NCBI GenBank assembly: GCA_036339715.1
Contig: JAYZAM010000069.1
Span: 1-47,946, forward strand
Length of the DNA stretch: 47,946 nucleotides
Direction of reading: 5' to 3'
Source: Pseudomonadota bacterium
Lineage (GTDB): Bacteria; Pseudomonadota; Alphaproteobacteria; Caulobacterales; Hyphomonadaceae
A program made the translations under genes and the position numbers. Below are positions 9,251-17,776 of this stretch, piece after piece. Position 1 is the first letter of the stretch, and each line of letters starts with the position of its first letter. A model generated the notes under the pieces. It had not been told where the DNA came from. It searched no databases and saw only the letters and a list, made by a program, of their open reading frames with translations.

Positions 9251-10348
9251 TCAGCTATCGTCCAGCTGGCGCTCATTCTCGAGGAATTCCTGCGGGGACT
9301 GCCCCGTTAACCGGCGAAACGCACGGGAGAAATTGCTGGGGTCCTTGTATCCCAACAGATACGATATCTCCTTGATGGACCGACGACCTGTCCGCAAATA
9401 GCCGATAGCGAGATGCTGGCGAACATCGTCGAGCACGGTGTTGAAGGTTGTGCCCTCATCCTGCAATTGGCGCTGAAGACTTCGGTTACTTGTATTTAGC
9501 TCTCTTGAAACCGACTCCAGGGAGACAGCTCCATCCGGTAGCATTTCGACAATCGCCGCCCGGATCCGCGGAATAATTTGTTGTTCATCGAACCGGGCAA
9601 TGTATTCCATCGCAATCTGGTCATTCCTTCGAACAATGTCGGAATTCGCGCCGCGCAGCACGCGCGTATAGTCCTTCTCGGCCACATGCAGCTCTAGACT
9701 GTCGTGACCATATTCGATCGGACAACAGAAAAAGGCATCAAATTCATCCATCGCGACCTTACCAGGTTTCGGACGACGCATTCTTACCAAAACAGGAGAA
9801 TAGTCCGCTCGGTAAACCATTCTGACGAAGCGAAGCACCGTCGCCAAAAAAACATCCTGGCGGACCGGCGGCACGTCTTCCTTGAGTTCAATGGAATGAA
9901 TGAGGCACCCCTTCCTGATTTCAGACCTTGTCTCAGCAGAATGAGAAATTAGCCTGAAAAAACGATCAAACCGGTGGAAGAATGTTTCCAGCGTTCGGCT
10001 TGAGAACAATGAATACCCAAGCGCATGCATTGAGCCGGGCGTATTTCGCTCGGCCAGCTTCAGCCCGATCGTCTCATCACCTGTCGCCTCTACGATGAGC
10101 TCAATGAAGCGACTGAATCGTCTAGACCGCACCCTGGCATTCGGGTCCTGGAGAATATCAGGATCAACTTCCGCACGCCGCAGTAGATCTGGTACATCAA
10201 TGGAAAAGTCAAATTCGTCCAATATGGCCACAATCTGTATGAGCCAGGATGCAATGACTGACCGCGTCTCACTCAATTCTGGTTGCGCCTTACCTGATGA
10301 TGTGTGGTTCAAATATCGATTGTCCTGTACGACCGTCTTCGATGACAA
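9251..10348 (-). CDS. AraC-family transcriptional regulator (long N-terminal ligand-binding type)
   Basis: C-terminal double HTH: SNRSLQRQLQDEGTTF...SIKEISYLLGYKDPSNFSRAFRRLTGQSP. Exact start uncertain. Confidence 0.92.
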   Translation of the reverse strand: MSSKTVVQDNRYLNHTSSGKAQPELSETRSVIASWLIQIVAILDEFDFSIDVPDLLRRAEVDPDILQDPNARVRSRRFSRFIELIVEATGDETIGLKLAERNTPGSMHALGYSLFSSRTLETFFHRFDRFFRLISHSAETRSEIRKGCLIHSIELKEDVPPVRQDVFLATVLRFVRMVYRADYSPVLVRMRRPKPGKVAMDEFDAFFCCPIEYGHDSLELHVAEKDYTRVLRGANSDIVRRNDQIAMEYIARFDEQQIIPRIRAAIVEMLPDGAVSLESVSRELNTSNRSLQRQLQDEGTTFNTVLDDVRQHLAIGYLRTGRRSIKEISYLLGYKDPSNFSRAFRRLTGQSPQEFLENERQLDDS

Positions 10349-10401
10349 GCTTTATCGGTTCATGACGGTTTGTCCAATTTTTGAACAGGATTGTACACGC
10401 T

Positions 10402-12072
10402 TCAGCCAATACTGCGGACCTGGCCGCCCCAGTATTTCTTACGTACATCCTTTCGCAACACCTTACCAACGACGCTCAGAGGCAGTTCCTCCACGAACAA
10501 CACGGATTTTGGTGTTTTGAAAGATCCGATCTGCTCTTTTACATAGGCAATCAGGTCAGATTCGGCCACCTCAACAGAGTCGTTAAGGATGACTTCCGCA
10601 TGTACAGCCACGCCCCATTCTTCGTGGGGAACACCCACAACCCCGGACATCAAAAAGCCAGGATGGGAGTTGACTGCGGCCTCAACCTCAGTCGCATAGA
10701 CATTGAAACCACCCGTGATGATCATGTCCTTCTTCCGATCAACCAGGTAGCAATATCCGTTTTCGTCCGTATATCCGATATCCCCTGACTTCCAGTATCC
10801 GTTGACGAATTCCTCCTTCGTCTTCTCTGGATTGCCTTCATAGCCAAGACAGGTTGAGCGCGATCGCAAATAGAACTCGCCGAGTTCGCCTACAGGAACT
10901 GGATTACCGTCATCATCGCAAACCGACAGTTCGATCCCGGTTGAGCGTCGACCCGCGGACGCGAGTCGGCCTTCAGTCTCAGCGTCCACGATATGATCTT
11001 TCTTGCTTAGGCAGAGGGTTGCCGCCAGATGTTCCGTGGAGCCGTACACTTGTGTGAATATTGAACCGAATCGCTCAACCAGGAGCTTGGCCTTGGCCGG
11101 GCTCATGGGGGCCGCGCCATACAACACCGTGCGCAATGAGGATAGGTCATACTCTCGTGCTTCGGGCATTTCCAAAAGGCGGTACGCCAGAGTCGGTACG
11201 ATGAAGGCGTGAGAAATCTTCTCTTGCTGGATATAGCGGCACCAGTTCTCCAGACTGGGCTCGTTCATTGTGACCGTGCAACCACCGCTGAACAGAACCG
11301 GCAAAAGCATCATACCGCTGCCATGGCTAATGGGAGCTATATGCAGCATGCGGCAGCCATCGAAGAAATCCGGGTCTGGAAGTGTCAGGAAACTATCGCG
11401 GCACCCCAGAATGTTGTCGATTGAATACTTCGCGCACTTGCTGTCACCAGTCGTGCCTCCTGTAAAGCGCATGAGCACGACGTGCGTTCGATCATCGATT
11501 TCAATATCTGTGTTCTCTGTCGACGCGTTCGCCAAAAGATCGGGAAGGGCCAACACGCCTGAATATGGCTTGACCAGAGCATCCATCACAACAATCTGAA
11601 TGCCGCGTTCGGTAAGCGGGCCAGCATGGGAGGCCAGGAGGTCATTCTCGATGAACGCGACTTTGGGCTTGACGATGTCGATCTGGCCAAGATGCGTTTC
11701 CAGGCTGTCGAGGTAGTTGGCATGACAACATGTTGCATAAGCTTTTGCAGCTGACCCCCAATGGAACAGGGAGAGATTGTCATTTTGCAGCATACAGACA
11801 TATCGGTCGCCCGCGCCGAGATTCAGGTTTCCATTGAGAATATGTGCAATCTGATTGGTTATGATGTGATAGTCACGAAAACTCAGCCGGCGGCCACGCT
11901 CAAGATTCACAATCGCCTCACGATCTCCGAAGGATTCCGCGAGCCCTTGCATGACACGGCTGTAATTTACCCGCCCGCCTTCTGTCGAAACCAATGCTGC
12001 AGCAGAACTTGGAGCGACGTCAACAGGCATCAGTTCACGGTCATTGCGCTTTTTTGAGAAAATTCCGAACAC
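10402..12072 (-). CDS. AMP-binding acyl-CoA synthetase/ligase
   Basis: FTGGTTGDSK, YGSTE, SGDIG, DRKKDMIITGGFNVY, GKVLRK. Confidence 0.93.
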   Translation of the reverse strand: MFGIFSKKRNDRELMPVDVAPSSAAALVSTEGGRVNYSRVMQGLAESFGDREAIVNLERGRRLSFRDYHIITNQIAHILNGNLNLGAGDRYVCMLQNDNLSLFHWGSAAKAYATCCHANYLDSLETHLGQIDIVKPKVAFIENDLLASHAGPLTERGIQIVVMDALVKPYSGVLALPDLLANASTENTDIEIDDRTHVVLMRFTGGTTGDSKCAKYSIDNILGCRDSFLTLPDPDFFDGCRMLHIAPISHGSGMMLLPVLFSGGCTVTMNEPSLENWCRYIQQEKISHAFIVPTLAYRLLEMPEAREYDLSSLRTVLYGAAPMSPAKAKLLVERFGSIFTQVYGSTEHLAATLCLSKKDHIVDAETEGRLASAGRRSTGIELSVCDDDGNPVPVGELGEFYLRSRSTCLGYEGNPEKTKEEFVNGYWKSGDIGYTDENGYCYLVDRKKDMIITGGFNVYATEVEAAVNSHPGFLMSGVVGVPHEEWGVAVHAEVILNDSVEVAESDLIAYVKEQIGSFKTPKSVLFVEELPLSVVGKVLRKDVRKKYWGGQVRSIG

Positions 12073-12129
12073 AGAGACTGTCCTCCCTTTTGTCTACACC
12101 ACCCTAAGATTGCTGCGTACAGGATCGAT

Positions 12130-13554
12130 TTAAAGCAGCTTTTTAAATAGATTCAGCAACCAGCCCGTCTTCGAAGAATAGGGAGGCAGCAATTGGCTAA
12201 GCACACTGATCTTCGATTGTGAGAACACCGGCTTCAAATGACTGAACCGCTCGAAACTTCCCGGCCCCAAATAGGATCCGATCCCGCTTTGCCCGATGCC
12301 GCCAAATGGAAGACGGCGCTGGAAGACGTGCATCACCGTGCCGTTCAGGGTCACGCCGCCAGCATGGGTTTCGCCAAGGATTTTTCGTCGACCTGCACTG
12401 TCTTTACCGAAATAGTAAAGTGCCAGTGGCCGCTCGCCAGCATTGATGTACTCGATTACTTCGTCTTCCGTACGATAGGTCAGGATCGGCAGAATCGGCC
12501 CGAAAATCTCTTCCTGCATCAGCCCCATATCGCTTGCAACATTGGTCACAGCCAGCGGGGCTATTCGATGAGCAGCCTCGAACATGCCATCGCCACTGCC
12601 TGCGAGATTGGTCACTCCGGCACCTTTTGCGCGGGCGTCTTCAACCAGTCCCCGCAAACGGTCAAACTGCCGGTGATTTATAATGCTTGTATAGTCCTGA
12701 TTGGCTTCGATCTCGCCAAAACACTTGTGCACCTGCCTGGCGAGCGCTGACACAAAGTCTTCTACACTCCCTTCTGGAACGAATGCGTAGTCGACACCGA
12801 TGCACGTTTGTCCTGCGTTGAGGAGCTTGCCGAAAACAAGGCTCTGCGCGACTTCTGGAAAATGAGCACTTTTATCAATGATAATGGGGCACTTGCCGCC
12901 AAGCTCAAGCGTCACTGGTGTCAAATTGGCTGCGGCCGACTGGGCGACTTTTTTACCTGTATTGGGCGAACCGGTGAAGAGAATATGATCGAATGGAAGA
13001 GACGTCATCTGCTGCGCGACATCCGGGCCGCCGATTACCACTGCCATCTCTTCTTCTGAAAAATACTTGCGAACAAGACGCTGCGAAATTTCAGCTGAAT
13101 GAGCCGAAATTTCACTTGGCTTGGCAATAATCCGGTTGCCAGCCGCCAACGCACCCGCCGCACCGGCGAATACTGTGCCATAGGGATAGTTCCAGGTTCC
13201 GAGAATGCCGACGACACCAAGGGGTTGCGGAATTAGCCGCGAAGATCCCGGCAATCCAAACGTGTCAGTTTTGACACTGCGCGGCTTCATCCAGTGTTTT
13301 AAATGGCGCCGTGCAAATTTCACATCCGACAGAACCAGCATGATGTCTGTCAGGATGGTTTCATACCGGCTGCGTATTCCGAAATCAGCCGTAACCGCGT
13401 TAATGAGTTCGTCTTCATGCGTCTCGAACATTTTCCCAAGACGAGCCAGCAGGTCCATCCGGGTTTCATAGCTGCAGGACACCTGCTCTCGCGTGAGGGA
13501 ACGCTGCAGGGTGAATATCCTCTCAAGCTCGGTGATGCCGGTTTCAATCCCCAC
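12130..13554 (-). CDS. Aldehyde dehydrogenase, class 3 / coniferyl-aldehyde dehydrogenase-like
   Basis: WNYP, FTGS, LELGGKCP, NAGQTC, EEIFGP, PFGGIGQSG. GTG start overlaps the upstream stop. Confidence 0.9.
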   Translation of the reverse strand: MGIETGITELERIFTLQRSLTREQVSCSYETRMDLLARLGKMFETHEDELINAVTADFGIRSRYETILTDIMLVLSDVKFARRHLKHWMKPRSVKTDTFGLPGSSRLIPQPLGVVGILGTWNYPYGTVFAGAAGALAAGNRIIAKPSEISAHSAEISQRLVRKYFSEEEMAVVIGGPDVAQQMTSLPFDHILFTGSPNTGKKVAQSAAANLTPVTLELGGKCPIIIDKSAHFPEVAQSLVFGKLLNAGQTCIGVDYAFVPEGSVEDFVSALARQVHKCFGEIEANQDYTSIINHRQFDRLRGLVEDARAKGAGVTNLAGSGDGMFEAAHRIAPLAVTNVASDMGLMQEEIFGPILPILTYRTEDEVIEYINAGERPLALYYFGKDSAGRRKILGETHAGGVTLNGTVMHVFQRRLPFGGIGQSGIGSYLGPGSFERFSHLKPVFSQSKISVLSQLLPPYSSKTGWLLNLFKKLL

Positions 13555-14327
13555 TATCTCGCCCTCAAACGTGTTGCCGCATCGAGGCGAATTGTTTCAC
13601 CATTCAAGTATCCATTCTCGACGATGAACTGGCATGCGTGTGCAAATTCCATGGGGTCTCCGGCGCGGCGTGGCGCCTCGACAGTGTCGACCAGTGAAAC
13701 GACCACCTTCTCACCCAGACTCTTCACCATCTGTGTCAAAAACAGCCCCGGTGCGATCGCGTTGACACGGACGCCGACGGCTCCGAGTTCCCGCGCCGCC
13801 GGCATGTTCATACCGATCACACCCGCCTTGGACGCTGAATAGCCGGCCTGACCTATTTGCCCTTCATAGGCGGCACCGGATGACACATTGATAACGACTC
13901 CCCGCTCGCCCAGATCGTCTGGTGCGTTCCTCGCCATGACGGCGACGCATTTACTCATGACGTTGAACGTGCCGACGAGGTTGACCATGATCACCTTGGT
14001 GAACTTGTCGAGCTGACAAGGGTTGCCGTCCCGGTCGAGAATTTTGGTCGGTGCCGGAATGCCTGCCGCGTTGACAGCAATCTGAATGGCCCCGAATTTC
14101 TCGACGGTATTTGTCACCGCATCCGCAACCGATTGATCATCGGTCACATCGACCTTGAAGAACTGGCAGACCTTGTTTCCAAGTTCGCCACAGAGCGCGT
14201 TTCCTGCGACTTCGCTCAGATCGAAGAGCGCGACGCGTGCGCCCTGCTCAACAAAACTGCGCGCCGCAGCAGCGCCTAGTCCAGAGGCACCACCTGTAAC
14301 CACAGCGACTTTTCCATCGAGTTTCAT
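13554..14327 (-). CDS. SDR, 3-hydroxyacyl-CoA dehydrogenase type II (HSD17B10-like)
   Basis: TGGASGLG, ERGVVINVSSGAAYEGQIGQAGYSASK, YLNGETIRLD. Confidence 0.92.
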   Translation of the reverse strand: MKLDGKVAVVTGGASGLGAAAARSFVEQGARVALFDLSEVAGNALCGELGNKVCQFFKVDVTDDQSVADAVTNTVEKFGAIQIAVNAAGIPAPTKILDRDGNPCQLDKFTKVIMVNLVGTFNVMSKCVAVMARNAPDDLGERGVVINVSSGAAYEGQIGQAGYSASKAGVIGMNMPAARELGAVGVRVNAIAPGLFLTQMVKSLGEKVVVSLVDTVEAPRRAGDPMEFAHACQFIVENGYLNGETIRLDAATRLRAR

Positions 14328-14378
14328 GTTCGCAAGCTCCTGACCTGCTATTGTCAGCTTTCAACTGCTCAAGTCTGG

Positions 14379-14410
14379 AGCAGCCTCCCTTCGATGGAAA
14401 GGAGGCTGCT
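14379..14410 (-). terminator. Intergenic stem-loop after the TonB receptor (terminator or mRNA stabiliser)
   Basis: AGCAGCCTCC-N12-GGAGGCTGCT, 10-bp perfect stem, no strong U tail. Confidence 0.55.
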
Positions 14411-14419
14411 ACAAGACGA

Positions 14420-16882
14420 TCAGAAATTTATACGGCCTTCGGCACCAATCACGCGCGGCTCTTCGATCCAGCCAACATACACGCCCGGGCTGAGTGGCGC
14501 GTCGACCGAGGCGGTATAGGTGGCTTCATCGGTTAGGTTGCGACCGAATACACGGAATTCGTAGCGGCCAAACTCCACCCCGACATGAGCATCGAATTTC
14601 GTATATCCTTCCTGAAACGCGTTCGGGTCGAGGTCGCCATCCAGGAACATCTCGTCCTTGAAGTTGGCTCCAATCCGGGCATTCAGATCGAAATTCTCGA
14701 AACTGCGATTGAAGGCGAGATAGACGTTACCACTGAACTCGGGCGCAAAGGCCCCGCGTTCGCCGGCAAGGTCCTTGGTACCCACACCTGCAGAATCCGG
14801 GCATGTGCCCAAGCCCGTTTCGATCACTGAACACCCTGCCCCTGGGAAGGACTGGAATTCGTGATCGAGATAGGCGAACGCACCGCCAATCTCGATTTCG
14901 TCGCTGAGAAGGAACTGGCCATCAAGTTCCAGCCCCTGCACTTGAAGTTCAGCCGCGTTCCCAACCACGAAGCTTGTCCCACTCCACGAGGTTACCTGCA
15001 GGTCTTCTAACTCGCTTCGGAAAATGATTGCCCCGATGCGAGCACGGTCACCCATGAACTGGTGCTTGATACCAGCTTCCCAAGCCGTGACTTTCTCATC
15101 CTCAAATTCATGACCCGGACGCGGGCTCCCATCCGGTTCCGCCGTGTCAGGACTGAAATTGTAACCACCAGATTTATAGCCAGTGGAATAGGAAATATAG
15201 GCCGACCCGTTGTCAGCATACTGCCAGCGCAGTTTTACAGATGGATCAAGATGATCTTCTGTTCGCGTATCGTTGAGGTCAGCAGCAAAGCGGTTGAGCA
15301 ATGCGGCAAAAGTCGTTGCAGAGTTCAATCCATCTGCACCCCCAACAGTAGCGGCGGCGGTTAGATATTCGGTTAGATCGGCAGACCCGATCGTGTCTGC
15401 GGGTGTGACAAGGCCAACGAAGTCTCGGGGTGTGCCGGCTCCAACAACAACACTCTTATCGATGCTCTTCTCATCTTCGGAGTAACGCAAACCTAGTTCA
15501 AGTGTGACGCTGTCGGTCAGGTCAATGCCAAGCTCGCCAAAAAGCGCAATCGTTTCGGCTTGTTGATCGAAGAAAGTGCGTTGAGCAACGTTAACAATAC
15601 CGCCGGGCAAAATCGATGTTGGCAAAACGCCAAATGTGCCATTGAACGCCGTTGTCTCTTCAATATAAGCATCCTGGTTTTCATAATACAGCCCGCCCAA
15701 GAAATTTATGCGCCCATCCCAGTCTGTGGCAATGCGAAGTTCCTGGCTAAACATGTCCAGTTCTTCTTCATCAAGATTGTCAATGAAGCTGACAGGCAGA
15801 AAATCCACATCGTGATGTTGAGCGAAATCGAAAGAGGAGTAGCCAGTAATCGAAGTGAGGGTAAAGTTATCGAACTCCCATTCTGCCTTCACAGATCCGC
15901 TCAATGATTCAGTTGTCTCCGTGTCGGAGATTGGAGGATCGCCGACACGGAATGCGGGATTGCCGCTGAAGCTGACATAAGCGGTATCGCCAGTAGAAAC
16001 TCCAAAGTCTGGATGAAGCATTTGTGAGAGCGCTATCGTGCTAGGCGTCGGCAGGCGATCATCAATCGCATTAATGGTAAGCTCCTTACCGACCCCGTCC
16101 ATTTCAAGATAGCTCAGTTTCGTCTCAACGTTTAAACTCTCCGTTGGTTGCCAGGCGAGCGTCGCCCGGGCGAACATGTCTTCGCGCTCGGCTTCGTCGC
16201 GATCAAAGACACGGTTCTCAACATATCCGTCAGTTGTCGTATAACGAATTGCCAACCGGCCTGCCAAATTATCCGCCAAGCCCGCGGAAAAGACGCCCGA
16301 GTAGCTTTGCGTATTGAATTCTGGTTCCCAGGCGACACCGACCCAACCATTGAGTTCTTCCCCGACTTCTGGCGAGGCCGTTTCAAGCTTGATCGCGCCA
16401 GCAACCGTGTTCTTACCGAATAGAACGCCTTGGGGCCCACGCAGAACCTCGACTTGCTGCAGGTCGAACTGGGACTGTGAGAATTGGCGGCTGCGCGGCT
16501 GATAAACGCCATCCACATAAAGGCCAACCGATTGCTCGAACCCCTTGTTGATTCCGGATCCGACACCTCGGATAAAGATGTTCGAGGTTTGCGCTCCCCG
16601 ACCGACCTGCAGGCCCGGCACGCGCGCGGAAATCTGCTCAAGGTTCGTGACCCCTTGCGCTTCCAGCTCTGCTCCGGAAACGGCGGTCACGGCCACCGGC
16701 GCATTGATCAGCGTCTCGTCCCGTTTACGTGCCGTAACAGTCACTGTTGTCAGTCTTGCTTCCCGCTCCGCTTCTGTTTCGGCAGGGACATCTGCCACTT
16801 GCCCATAGGCCGGCGTGGCAAGGGCAATGGCGATCGGCAAAATTGCTGCGCCGCTCAAATTGAGTCTAAACTTCTGGTTCAT
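14420..16882 (-). CDS. TonB-dependent outer-membrane receptor
   Basis: Signal peptide, TonB-box-like TVTVTARKR, plug motif VEVLRGPQGVLFGKN, C-terminal Phe. Confidence 0.95.
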   Translation of the reverse strand: MNQKFRLNLSGAAILPIAIALATPAYGQVADVPAETEAEREARLTTVTVTARKRDETLINAPVAVTAVSGAELEAQGVTNLEQISARVPGLQVGRGAQTSNIFIRGVGSGINKGFEQSVGLYVDGVYQPRSRQFSQSQFDLQQVEVLRGPQGVLFGKNTVAGAIKLETASPEVGEELNGWVGVAWEPEFNTQSYSGVFSAGLADNLAGRLAIRYTTTDGYVENRVFDRDEAEREDMFARATLAWQPTESLNVETKLSYLEMDGVGKELTINAIDDRLPTPSTIALSQMLHPDFGVSTGDTAYVSFSGNPAFRVGDPPISDTETTESLSGSVKAEWEFDNFTLTSITGYSSFDFAQHHDVDFLPVSFIDNLDEEELDMFSQELRIATDWDGRINFLGGLYYENQDAYIEETTAFNGTFGVLPTSILPGGIVNVAQRTFFDQQAETIALFGELGIDLTDSVTLELGLRYSEDEKSIDKSVVVGAGTPRDFVGLVTPADTIGSADLTEYLTAAATVGGADGLNSATTFAALLNRFAADLNDTRTEDHLDPSVKLRWQYADNGSAYISYSTGYKSGGYNFSPDTAEPDGSPRPGHEFEDEKVTAWEAGIKHQFMGDRARIGAIIFRSELEDLQVTSWSGTSFVVGNAAELQVQGLELDGQFLLSDEIEIGGAFAYLDHEFQSFPGAGCSVIETGLGTCPDSAGVGTKDLAGERGAFAPEFSGNVYLAFNRSFENFDLNARIGANFKDEMFLDGDLDPNAFQEGYTKFDAHVGVEFGRYEFRVFGRNLTDEATYTASVDAPLSPGVYVGWIEEPRVIGAEGRINF

Positions 16883-17003
16883 ATATATCCTCCCAAGAGC
16901 CCTTTTGTGCTCCGTGTTTCCGTTCCCCGCTATGATGCATAAGGACGCGAAAGTAGATTATGAAATCTGGTGAAAGATCGCTCTGTTAGAGTCATACCAG
17001 TTC

Positions 17004-17022
17004 ACGCCAACAGATCGTCATT
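17004..17022 (-). promoter_or_regulatory. Putative AraC operator, copy 3 (plus strand ACGCCAA-N5-CGTCATT)
   Basis: 122 bp upstream of the receptor start. Half-sites identical to the copy at 4684. Confidence 0.55.
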
Positions 17023-17091
17023 CCGCGATACGAGAGGGCCTTATCCTGCTCAAATCCTTCCATGCCCGACATCCGCGATCGTCCGACCAGA

Positions 17092-17158
17092 TGACCTAGC
17101 CCCCTGAACAGCCTAGTTCTATAATTAAAACATGGCTGCAGTTCAGGGGGCTACGTCA
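17092..17158. mobile_element. 67-bp miniature element / IS-end scar with 18-bp terminal inverted repeats (TG...CA, IS3-like ends)
   Basis: Left end TGACCTAGCCCCCTGAAC; right end reverse-complements to TGACGTAGCCCCCTGAAC (17/18). No target-site duplication visible. Confidence 0.7.
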
Positions 17159-17323
17159 CTCGGATATGGCGATATCACCCCTCAAGGGCATTACCCTCAA
17201 GCCGCCGCCGCGTTCGAGGCGGTCATTGGTGTTCTGTATACGGTAATATTGTTGTCTCGGTTGGTGGGCATGTACGGAACTCGCACCGCAACGAAACCAT
17301 CGAGCCAGCGCCTGCTCGTGTGA
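17159..17323 (+). pseudogene. 3' remnant of a potassium-channel (Ion_trans_2) gene
   Basis: LGYGDITP filter plus one TM helix (AFEAVIGVLYTVILLSRLVG). The 5' part is replaced by the inverted-repeat element. Confidence 0.75.
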
Positions 17324-17388
17324 AATGTATCCATACTTCCGAATCAAGACTTCTGAACCGAGAATTATGATGGGTCCATTTCTCCCGT

Positions 17389-17772
17389 CTAGGCGGCCGG
17401 CTCAGTCGCGGCAGACATTTTGCTGCTCACCTGCTCATTGAAATATTCCAATCGCCTCTGCCCCAGCGCATGCGCGATATCACGCTCCCCCTCAGGAATA
17501 GGTTCGGTCCGCGTAAGCCAATAGTACACAAAGTGCGACAGCGTGGCGTAAGTGTAGGCCAGGTCCTTTTCCATATTCGCCTGATGCTGATCGAAGGCGT
17601 CCATGCGGGCGAGCAAACGCTCTTCCAGCACTGAACGCGCTTCTGGATCGAACCATGCTCTCAGTGCGTCTTCAACGATCGCCGTTTTTGTCACTCCTGG
17701 CTTGTCAGCTGCCTCACACAGTTGCGCATAGAGCTTTGTTGAAATCCGTATGTTGACGCGCGGCTTTCCCAT
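17389..17772 (-). CDS. CopG/ribbon-helix-helix protein of Tn4371-like ICEs
   Basis: N-terminal RHH (KPRVNIRIS...TKTAIVEDAL). Sits directly after traG, as in this ICE family. Confidence 0.8.
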   Translation of the reverse strand: MGKPRVNIRISTKLYAQLCEAADKPGVTKTAIVEDALRAWFDPEARSVLEERLLARMDAFDQHQANMEKDLAYTYATLSHFVYYWLTRTEPIPEGERDIAHALGQRRLEYFNEQVSSKMSAATEPAA

Positions 17773-17776
17773 CGGC

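Noticed and set aside
10341-10377. Inverted degenerate copy of the AraC motif at the araC start
   Set aside because: Spacing and second half-site do not match well enough.
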